From NCBI RefSeq assembly GCF_009914755.1, contig NC_060930.1: a DNA stretch of 64,000 nt, one strand, 5' to 3'. A program made the position numbers and the translations under genes. Below the pieces are notes generated by a model. That model made no database searches, had not been told where the DNA came from, and saw nothing but the letters and a program-made list of their open reading frames with translations. Position 1 is the stretch's first letter; each line of letters opens with the position of its first letter. Shown here piece after piece: positions 14,442-24,155 of this stretch. Origin of the DNA: the human T2T-CHM13v2.0 reference genome, Homo sapiens.

Positions 14442-14639
14442 ATATTCACCAGGAGAATGAAGTGGATTTGTGGCCGGAGAGGAAAGAGGCATAGGGAGGG
14501 AAAATACTGAGGAAGAAAGAGCACATGCCATCAATGGAGTGAGGTCTTGGGGACGATGGTTGGGGTTGGGATTTAAGCTGTGGCCAGGAGGAAAAGTCCT
14601 TGTTCCTCAAAGTCTGCCCTTGCTGGACTGATAAGTAGG

Positions 14640-14790
14640 TGGGCTCGTCACTTTCCTCTTGAGCATCCTCTTTCCTGTTCTGTAAATTGGGGGTAATAAT
14701 GCCTGCTAGCAAAACCATAGTTAAAATGAAATACAAGAGTATATGCAATGTGCTTAGCACAGCGTCCGAATAGCAGGCACATAGCGAGTG
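14640..14790 (+). mobile_element. MIR SINE
   Basis: Core TTTCCTGTTCTGTAAATTGGGGGTAATAAT...GTGCTTAGCACAG. Confidence 0.75.
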
Positions 14791-15477
14791 ATGAGAAGTA
14801 GGACGAAGACAATAATGGTGACAATCTCGTACGAGGCCTAGGAGAGCACCTGGGACACTGAGTATACTCAAACCATGCATGGATTCCCATGGAACCAGAC
14901 AATGGGGACCCTGGCAGGCACGGAGAGCAGCTCAGGCAGGATGTTATCCTGTGTCACACTCGCCGTCCTTTTACACGTAGAGTTAACACAGAATTTTAGC
15001 ATCCTGGGTTCTAGCCTGCTTTCAAGGAGCAAGAGCTGGAGTTTATGGAGTCAGGGCCTGGCCCTTGAGGAGAAATCATGGCCACGGCTGAGGGTGAGTC
15101 CAGGTGCACCCTGATGCGTGGTGTCCATGAATGGAAGAAGAGCTGGGAGCCACAAGTGTGGTCTGAACAAAATTTCAAATTTAAATGGACTGGGCTGAGA
15201 GAAGAAGAGCAAGACAAAGGGGCTGCAATGCAAAGGACCCTAGGGAAGTAAGGACAGATAGAGTCACCCCATTATAGGACACCTGGGGCTTGATCCAGAG
15301 GAGAGGCGGGGGCTATTCCAGGTGCTGAATCAGACACCCCCACCCTCATGACCACTATCACTGCCCAACTTTTGCCACCTGTGGTTGGCATCAGTGCTTG
15401 GAGATGCTGAAACTTGTATTGGGGTAAAAGGTTTCAGAATGACTCTTGCTTCAGGAGCAGTTATATACAACAGAAAT

Positions 15478-15596
15478 GAAGGGAAAGGAAGGGGAGGGGG
15501 AGGGAAGGGGGAGGGGGAGGGGGGATGGGGGAGGGAAGGAAGGAAAAGGAAGAGAAAGAAAAGAAAAAAGAAAAAGAAGAGGGAGGGAGGAAGGGG
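15478..15596 (+). repeat. Polypurine (GA-rich) tract with G-runs
   Basis: 119 nt of purines with a single T and many G3-G6 runs. Confidence 0.9.
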
Positions 15597-16696
15597 CCCA
15601 ATTAGGACAGAAACATTTGACCAGCACTTTGGCCATGTGTGGTCATTCCTGCAGATTCCTACTGTCATTGGGAATGGGGGATTTCCTCGGTCCCCAACAC
15701 GCACTTGTGAGGAAAGTGACCTGCGGCCTGGCTGACTGCCCTCCATGGGCACCCACTCTGCATGTTTGAAAATATGGTGGTCCTTGTCCCCTGAGGCAGT
15801 AATGCGTGTGGTACCTCGTGGATTGCTGTACTTTCCTAAAATGCTGAAACTTTTCCTTGGAGAAAATTCCCATGTCTTTCATGTGTCATCAAAGTTAGAT
15901 GCTTTCCAAGGAAAGTTAGTCCATTTCTAATAAAAAAGGAGCCTTTGCTTGGGTCACACCCTGCATTCTAGCAACCATGCTCCTTTTCCTTTCTCCTTTC
16001 CTTTGAACGTGTGTGTCATGCTTGGAAAATTTCCTCTTCATATTTCTGCTAAAAAAAAAAAGTCCAAAACACCTTAATTGCATGGTGGAGAAAGTGTTTT
16101 TCAGGAACACTCTTGTTTCCTGCCTACTTCTAGGAGTGAAAACCAAGGTTGATTTACACCCTCCTCTCAGATTAATATTTACCTCCTTGAATTTTGGCAG
16201 GAAGTGCAAATGCCAATCTCCCTCTGACTATTACATAGTTTGCATTCAATCAGGAACAAGGTAGCAAAAAACTGTTGCAGGAACCCAAGTTTCTCCCCAA
16301 GAAATGATGAGTGACTAAGATAGCACCAGTATAAAAATGCCACAGCTCTTGGATTGGAATGTGGCCTTCTGAAGAACCATCTTGCCTGGTCCTGGCCTGA
16401 GGCATGTCAGATAATATCTACCACTGGCCAAGTTTATAGCCATCTTTTCCAATCCACCTCAGAGGCTGTGTCTTATGTCACCCTTTTAAGTTCCCCCAGC
16501 AGTTCCTTTCTCCCTCTCCTGTGGCATGACAGCTCCTTGCTTATATCTCTGAAGGCACTTATCCTATGGAATTGGCTGCCAGCTTCTCTGTCTCCATGAG
16601 GACCAGGGTTGGCATTTATCAATGTGTTTCTCATTCCTATTATAAAGAGTTAATCTGGCACAGTCATATATTAGTATAGTAAACATGCTTTATGCT

Positions 16697-17322
16697 TATG
16701 TACTGTTGGTGGGAATGTAAATTAGTTCCACCTCTATGGAAAACAGTATGGGGATTTCTCAAAGAACCAAAAATAGAACTACCATTCTACCCAGAAATCC
16801 CACTACTGGATATCTGCCCAAAGGAAAATAAAGCATTATATTAAAAAAGGCACCTGCATTTGTATATTTATTGCAACTCTATACACAATAGCAAAGTCAT
16901 CAAACTAAGTGTCCACCAATGATGGACTAGAAGAAAATGTGATGCATATACCATGGGATACTATGCATCCATAAAAAAGAATGAAATCATGGCCTTTGTG
17001 CAACATGGTTGGAGCTGGAGGCCATTATCCTAAGGGAACTAACTCAGAAGCAGATCAAATATCGCATGTTCTCACCTGTAAGAGGCAGTGAAACAATGGA
17101 TACACGTGGACATGAACATGGAGATAATAGACACTGGGAACTCCAAAAGGGGGGAGGGTGGGAGAGGAGTGAGTGTTGAAAAATTTCCTGTTGGGTACAG
17201 TGTTCAACATTTGGGTGATGGGTTCACTAGAGGCCCAGTCCTCCTCATTTCACGAGCAATTCCCATGTAACAAACAAGCACACGTACCCCCGGAATTGAA
17301 AATAAAACATTGAAAGAAAGAA
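16697..17322 (+). mobile_element. 5'-truncated L1 (L1PB/L1MA-like) 3' end
   Basis: CTGTTGGTGGGAATGTAAATTAG...GGAAAACAGTATGG ORF2-end sequence and 3'UTR TGTAACAAACAAGCACACGTACCCC. Confidence 0.88.
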
Positions 17323-17642
17323 ATTATCTGACCTACTCTGTTTGACTGTAGGTGGTAAGACTGTAATTCCAGAGAGGGTCCTGCCACATACCCAGAAGGA
17401 AGGAATGCTGCTCAGAGAGGCCAAGAAGAATCCGGACAGACAGGCCCTGCTGAGTCCCCACTCAGCCTATCAGCATTAGATCACATCCTTTTTGTCCAAA
17501 CTTATCTCCACACAGCTGTCCACCCTGTGTTGAACCTAAGCATAAAGATTTGCGGCTTCTCCTGTGTTTTTGGTTCTTCATTCTGAAGGCTCCTACGTCA
17601 CATCGAACTATGATCAAATACATCTGTATGCTTTTTATCCTA
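17323..17642 (+). mobile_element. ERV1 LTR fragment (MER39/MER34-like)
   Basis: GAGAGGGTCCTGCCACATACCCAGAAGGAAGGAATGCTGCTCAGAGAGGCCAAGAAGAATC matches the recalled MER39-group consensus. Confidence 0.7.
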
Positions 17643-17994
17643 AAAGAATAAAAATAAAAACATGTTTTAATCCTCACTTTATTACCAGATGACACAATTG
17701 AATTCTAGAAGTTTAAAACGCCTATCTTCAGGAGTAAGTGGTGAAGTTAGACGTGCATGTTCAGCAGTAATGCAGTTATCCTAAACCAGATATTTTTCAC
17801 TTTCATACAGAAGTTTTTTAATTGGCCCATTAGAAATTCCTAGAATTATTCTTTCATATTGCCTTCAAAATCTTCATTAAACATTGGCTAATCAGAGAAC
17901 TAATGAATATTTACTGTCATCAAGCCAAGGTCCAGCCAAGAAGCTTGCAGCTATGGTGCCCCCATTTCTGGTGGATACCTGTGTCCCCATCACC

Positions 17995-18063
17995 CATGAG
18001 CCAGGTACAGCCCTCAGCCTTCTCCCATGATGGTTGAGGGTTGAGGGCTGTACCTGGCTCATG
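17995..18063. other. Perfect 22-bp inverted repeat forming a 69-nt pre-miRNA-like hairpin
   Basis: CATGAGCCAGGTACAGCCCTCA (17995-18016) is the exact reverse complement of 18042-18063. Confidence refers to the structure, not to miRNA function. Confidence 0.9.
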
Positions 18064-19085
18064 AGTCCAGGAAGGGAGTGAACATTCTGCTGCTACCTAA
18101 AGTGTAGTTACTTCCAGCAACCAACATGCCCTCCTTTGGTTCTGCCATCTACCCAGGCCAGAAGATATAGACCCCAGAGTGGGGATTGGCCCTGGGAGAT
18201 TTGTACAAACATCAGTGAGGTCTCCTGACCCAGAGCTTCTGTGGAGGCAGAGATGCCCAAACCATCTGCAGCATCTGGAGACAGAGTCCAAAACATCCTG
18301 CTCACGCTGATCCACTAAAACTAGCCACAAATAGCCCACTCTTAGATATGAGTTCCAATTCAGAGCATTTTAATGGAAAGTTTAATGGACAGTTTAGGTG
18401 ATGGTGTCATCCATTGTGCTTGAAGTCCCAAGGCTAGTTTCATTTCCTACTCATTTCTTTTCTGTAGAGTCCTTTAAAATGGCCCAGCTTGCCCCAATGA
18501 ATTTTTTTTTATCACTCCTGGGCCCCAGCATGGTGGAGAGGGCAGGGTTGGTGGCACCTGTGCAGCCCATCACCACCCAATCTTATTCTCAGCTCCTTTG
18601 ACAGTCAGGGCTTCTACAGTTCCTCAGGAGTGATGTAGAATTGTTCTACCTCGACCTACACCTTCTCCTTTACTGGACTCTCTCAATGTTCAGAATGATA
18701 CTCAATTTGCAGGGTCCTCTTGGGTTCACAGCAAATGCCAGAGTATGCTCTTTCTCCAACTTTCACCCAGTCTGAACATCCAACGCTTTGGCCATGCATT
18801 CAGTCATAAACTCACCCTTACCTAAAATACCCTGACACTGAGTCTTCCCACCCTGCACATTCCTGGCCAGCCTCCTGGTGACTCAATGCCGCATGTCTGT
18901 CTTTGGCTGCCGTCTCAGCCACTGCTGTCCTCCTTGAATTGCAAGTGTCCAGAGGGCAGGGACTGGATCCCTGCAGTGCCGTCTGCAACTCTCAGACCTG
19001 CCTTCATTACTTCTGGTAACTAACGTGACCTCTGGTTTGGGCTGCCTGTCTTTTTCGCGCTTATGAAAATGCATGCAAAGCACAC

Positions 19086-19099
19086 CTAGCAGGGGGTGC
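19086..19099 (+). promoter_or_regulatory. Possible CTCF-like motif
   Basis: CTAGCAGGGGGTGC versus the consensus CCAGCAGGGGGCGC (two C>T changes). Confidence 0.25.
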
Positions 19100-19394
19100 A
19101 GACCTACAAGTGGCCTTACTTTCCAGATTGTTCATGTGCCTCCTCAGCACCTAGCATTTCATTATTTCGACTCCACCTTGTTCCACATGGGTTTAAGGCA
19201 TTGTCTTGGAACATGAATCACAACAATAATGAGTGAGAACAAACTTTCATAGCTTTTGCAGAGCAGAATGACTGGTCTATGACAAGACATTTTGTAATTG
19301 TGCATTTTCATCTTTCAGCTCAATCATCGTTTTTCCTTTTTCTTAATTTTCAAGTCTCATGAGTCTCCAAATCATAGCATCTGCAACCATTTTT

Positions 19395-19570
19395 CTGTGC
19401 AAAGGGCTCCGTGAAGTGCCTAAGCATGGTCTTCTTTAAGCCTCGACATGACCCTGTGATACAGGCAGTAGGTGCTGTTACATCCGTCGTAAAGATGAGA
19501 AGCTGAGAATCAGAGAGATTAGTGCTCTTTCCTGAGGTCACAGAGAGCAAGTGGAGGGGAACAGGACTCT
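19395..19570 (-). mobile_element. MIR SINE
   Basis: AAAGATGAGAAGCTGAGAATCAGAGAGATTAGTG...GAGGTCACAGAG. Confidence 0.7.
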
Positions 19571-20093
19571 TCCTGCTGCATCTTTTGGCCCTTCGCATCC
19601 TGCGCTGTCCAGGTGAGAGTCAGCACTCCACAGGTGAGGGACATTGGAATGGAGGTGGCAAGAGTACCCTGCAGAGGTCGGAAAAGCTGAAAACCATCTC
19701 ACTCAGAAGTTCCAGGACTTGATGGAGTCAGTGAGCCAGAACAAATGCTCAATCATCTCTCGGAGGAAAGATGAGCTGGAATGCCAGTGAGATCTGAGAG
19801 ATGGTCTTCGGGGGAAGCTGCCTACGTCTTTGTATGGAACCTCCAGCTTTGAAACAGCCTCAGGGAAGAATCTTATAAAAGCTGCAAGCTAAGCACAAGC
19901 TTAGAAAGACATGTGGGCACTGGTAGTTGAGTGAGGAGAAATTCTCCACTTTGCTTATCTGGAACTTGTTTTGAATGAGCAAATGGAAATTTGGGGATTT
20001 TAAGGCTAGTTTTCTAGGCTTCGTTAATATTTCTCATAAGTCAAATTCTCTCCCATGGTTATTGGGTTTAAGTGAAATTCTAAATTTCTTTAC

Positions 20094-20390
<297 letters not shown>

Positions 20391-20734
20391 TGAAATTCTA
20401 AATTTCTAATGCCCACTGCCTTTCAATGACCCGGATTAAATGGGACTCTCAAAAGAAATGGCTTTTTGTTGAGTATTGCCATCAGAGAACCCGGGTTTCT
20501 GCAGTTTCCTTTTATCCTGTGAGAAAGATGCTAGTGATTCTTTACTTTTGAACAAGCATGATTGAATAGCCTGTTTTAGTTACTGTAACAATGCTGTGTA
20601 GCAATTGTATTATTTGGAAATAATATGCCATATACAATAATATAATATCAAAGGACAGTAAGGCTCCTGTCTTGGTTTTAGATAAAGAGAAAGCAGATGC
20701 TGTTTTATTCTCTTGGTGGATGGTTTAAATTGCC

Positions 20735-20794
20735 ATCAGCGGATCAGTGGTTAATTGATCATCGATCAGTGGATCAGTGGTTAATTGATCATTG
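20735..20794. repeat. 30-bp tandem duplication
   Basis: ATCAGCGGATCAGTGGTTAATTGATCATCG / ATCAGTGGATCAGTGGTTAATTGATCATTG; the copies differ only at two CpG>TpG sites. Confidence 0.92.
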
Positions 20795-22518
20795 AGGACT
20801 TTTGGATCCATTTACTGATAATTACATGAAGTCAATTATTTTTAAGACCTCTTGATTTTCAAATCATGGCCTGTCATTTAGCCTTCCGAACTTTTTATGT
20901 GCGGGGAGGGAAGGGGGTAGGTGAGCCAATGTGATATTACTGTCACAATATTACTGCCATTGAATGACAGAACTTTCGTGGTCTCAAGGATATGTCATCC
21001 AGAAGTTAAACTCGGCTTTTCATTTGATAAAACACGTATTTATATCCTAGGTTACTTTGCCAATAAAAGTAGCAAATGTGGTGGATAACCCGCCAAGGTA
21101 CGTTCCAGGTTCCCTGACAAAGTCACATTTCTGTGTTTTACAGAATTTCTACAGTGTATAGTACTGTGGCTTATTCAGGAATGCCGATGGGAAGATAAGA
21201 GAAAGGAGGAATGAACAAGAACAGAACTAGGTGGTTTTGTGGATGAAAGCTTTCTATCCCCAGTGAAGATGGGTCCAGCCTCCCCCGGCCCTTTGTTTCC
21301 GATGCATTCATGTTGTCTTCTATTCTCAGAGCCTGGCTGCCCTCTGCCAACTGTCTGTAGCCGTGGAGGCCTGCCTTGGGAACACTCCGAAGCTTCCCAG
21401 TTCCTGTGTTTGTGATACCACAGTGCTCTGGCCCGCAAAGCCCTGAATGGTGTCTTTGTAACAGCATGCAAGATATTTAAGATGCTAAGGGGGCCACATT
21501 ACCAAAGAATGCCTTTAAAAAGAGGAAAATTAAATGACCAATAAAGAAGGAATCCTCACAAGTTCCTATTGTATCTTATAAAAGGAAGCACTGATGTATT
21601 TAGGTCTAACTCCTCCAGGTCTTCAGGAAGTTGCCAAGCTCTCGCTCCCACCCCTCCCCTTCAATGGGAGCCAAGGCTGAAATCTAAGTCCAAATTAATG
21701 AATCTGTTTCTAAGTTGGGGAAGGAGCAAGTGAACCACAGCTGTGAGTCTTGGGTCACTGGGGATTTCTGTTTCAAATGCAGCCAGGATAGAATCTCTGA
21801 ATTTATTTGATTTGGGAACAGGATAAGAAATTGATAATACCTGATTTGTAGATTAGCCCTGGAGGAGGAAATACTAATTTCAAGTATCATTCATCTTCCT
21901 TTTTATCTAGTCTCTTCAAGCTGTAATGAAATTAACCGAGGACTGAGTCCAGCTTGTGGAAGCCTCAGAGGAGTTTGCACATTGAACTGGCAAATTAATC
22001 TGTGAACAGCCCACAGTTCAGCATTTATTTAGTCAATATTCAGTGAATAATAAAGGTGGAAAGCACATTTTTTATTTGTCCATTTACTCGTGGAAATATT
22101 TTCAATCAAGACTACACCTTGAGATTTATTTCTCATTTCAAAAATCATGAATTTTCCACCTAATTGCAATTTTTTTTCTCCGATGAAAACCTGAGCCATT
22201 CAAGTAAATTTATTTACAAGTTAAACTTAGCAGACTGATTTGGAAGGAGAATTAGAGCAGGACTCAGGAGATAAGAAATATGTTCATTTCAGTGGAGAAG
22301 TTTATCATGGAATGGCCCCAAAGAGTTGTGTAATTAGTGTAATATGAGATATTATATAATAAACAGATATAAACTATTAAAATTCTGCATAAAATAGAAT
22401 TTCGGAATCTGGAGATCATTAGGAAATTTCTGTCCTTTGAGTATATTATAAATGGGATGAAATTATTGTATATTATGCCTCTCCACATTCCTGTGAGGCC
22501 AATGGGTATTAACAATAT

Positions 22519-22930
22519 ATTAATTTATTCGATGAATGGTGAGAATGTATAGTGTCATATTCATTGGATGGAATTTGGACCCAGTCAACTGGGCTTGAAT
22601 TCTGGCTCTATCACTTATTATCTGTGTGAACTTGAGCAGGTCACTTGAATTCTCTGAGCCTCAGTGTCTTATCTGTGTAGTAGGGAATATAATAAATAAA
22701 TGATGGGTAATTGTCCAGGTTTAAATGACATAATTGACTAGAACCGTGCCTGGGATATAGAAAGCACTATATAAGGAATTCTTGTTAAAATGATACACCA
22801 TATTCTGTACTACGCTTTTGAAATAGTAAGACCAAGACATCATTTTCAGGGAACTCATAGTAAGTAAGGAAATATGTAAGCAATTAAAAATAAAAGCAGC
22901 ATTAAAAATTTTGGCATACAAGTCCAAAAA
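22519..22930 (+). repeat. Left arm of a ~410-bp inverted duplication (contains a MIR at about 22575-22780)
   Basis: Reverse complement of 23270-23599 plus 24067-24155; about 91% identity by hand count. Confidence 0.95.
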
Positions 22931-23269
22931 AAAAAAAAAAAGGTATGAAGTCAGGGAGAACTGTCTTAGAGAAGGTATATGAAGACGACAGAATTGAAGA
23001 GAAAGCCAGCCGTGTGTGCACAGGAAGCAGTGATTGTGTTTGGATTCACACATGTTGAGAAAATAGATAATTAATCAGTGAATATTTGATTCATAAAAAA
23101 TGACTGAAAGAGTGAATAAACAAATGAATAGAAAACAAAAACAAAAACGAATGAATGGAATTGCAACCAGACATGTATGTGCTCAAGTAAAGGGGGCAGA
23201 GGAACTCACTGCTGTGTTCTGGGAGAATTCCTAAGTTTATTGGAGACTTTGTAGGTGTTTTGTTGTTTG

Positions 23270-24155
23270 TTTTTGGACTTGTATGCCAAAATTTTTAATG
23301 CTGCATTATTTTTAATTGCTTACATATTTCCTTAATGTGCTATTATATAAGTTCCTTGAAAATGGTGACTTGGTCTTACTATTTCAAATGCCTAGTACAG
23401 AATATGGTATATCATTTTAACGAGAAGAATTCCTGATACGGTGCTTTCTATATCCCAGCACTGTTCTAGTCAATTATGTCATTTAAACCCGGGCAATCAG
23501 CCATCACTGATTTATTATTTTCCTTACTACGCAGATAAGAAACTGAGGCTCAGAGAGTTCAAGTGATTTGCTCAAGTTCACACAGATAATAAGTGATAGT
23601 GTAGCAGGACAAACGGCAGACAAAACCCCTCAGACACCGAGTTAAAGAAGGAAGGGCTTTATTCGGCCGGGAGCTTCGGCAAGACTCATGTCTCCAACAA
23701 CCGAGCTCCCCAAGTGAGCAATTCCTGTCCCTTTTAAGGGCTCACAACTCTAAGGGGGTCCGTGTGAGAGGGTCGTGATCGATTGAGCAAGCAGGGGGTA
23801 CATGAGTAGGGGCTGCATGCACCAGTAATCAGAAAGGAACAGAACAGGACAGGGATTTTCACAATGCTTTTCCATACAATGTCTGGAATCTATAGATACC
23901 ATAACCGGTTAGGTCAGGGGTCGATTTTTAACTACCAGGCCCAGGACGCGGCGCCAGGCTGTCTGCCTGTGGATTTCATTTCTGCCTTTTAGTTTTTACT
24001 TCTTCTTTCTTTGGAGGCAGAAATTGGGCATAAGACAATATGTGGGGTTGTCTCCTCCCTTAATAGAGCCAGAATTCAAGCCCAGTTGACTGGGTCCAAA
24101 TTCCATTCAATAAGCATGACACTATACGTTCTCACCATTTATTAAATAAATTAAT
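23270..24155 (-). repeat. Right arm of the inverted duplication, split by LTR2
   Basis: GGACTTGTATGCCAAAATTTTTAATGCTGC is the reverse complement of 22896-22925. The alignment resumes precisely after the LTR TSD. Confidence 0.95.
23600..24062 (-). mobile_element. LTR2-family (HERV-E/Harlequin) solo LTR
   Basis: The minus strand begins TAAGGGAGGAGACAACCCCACATATTGTCTTATGCCCAATTTCTGCCTCCAAAG and ends ...CCTGCTACA. 4-bp TSD ATAG at 23596-23599 and 24063-24066; minus-strand AATAAA at 23658-23663. Confidence 0.9.

Noticed and set aside
15330-15769. Lys/Arg/Gly-rich ORFs resembling nucleic-acid-binding peptides
   Set aside because: Translation of the polypurine tract.
20735-20794. Short direct repeats as a CRISPR-like array
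   Set aside because: Eukaryotic DNA, only two adjacent units, no spacers and no cas genes.
22880-22941. AATAAA/ATTAAA plus poly(A) suggesting the left arm is a retrocopy
   Set aside because: The other arm also ends in a degenerate A-tract, no TSD is visible, and the far junction shows fold-back scars, which favours a DNA-level event.
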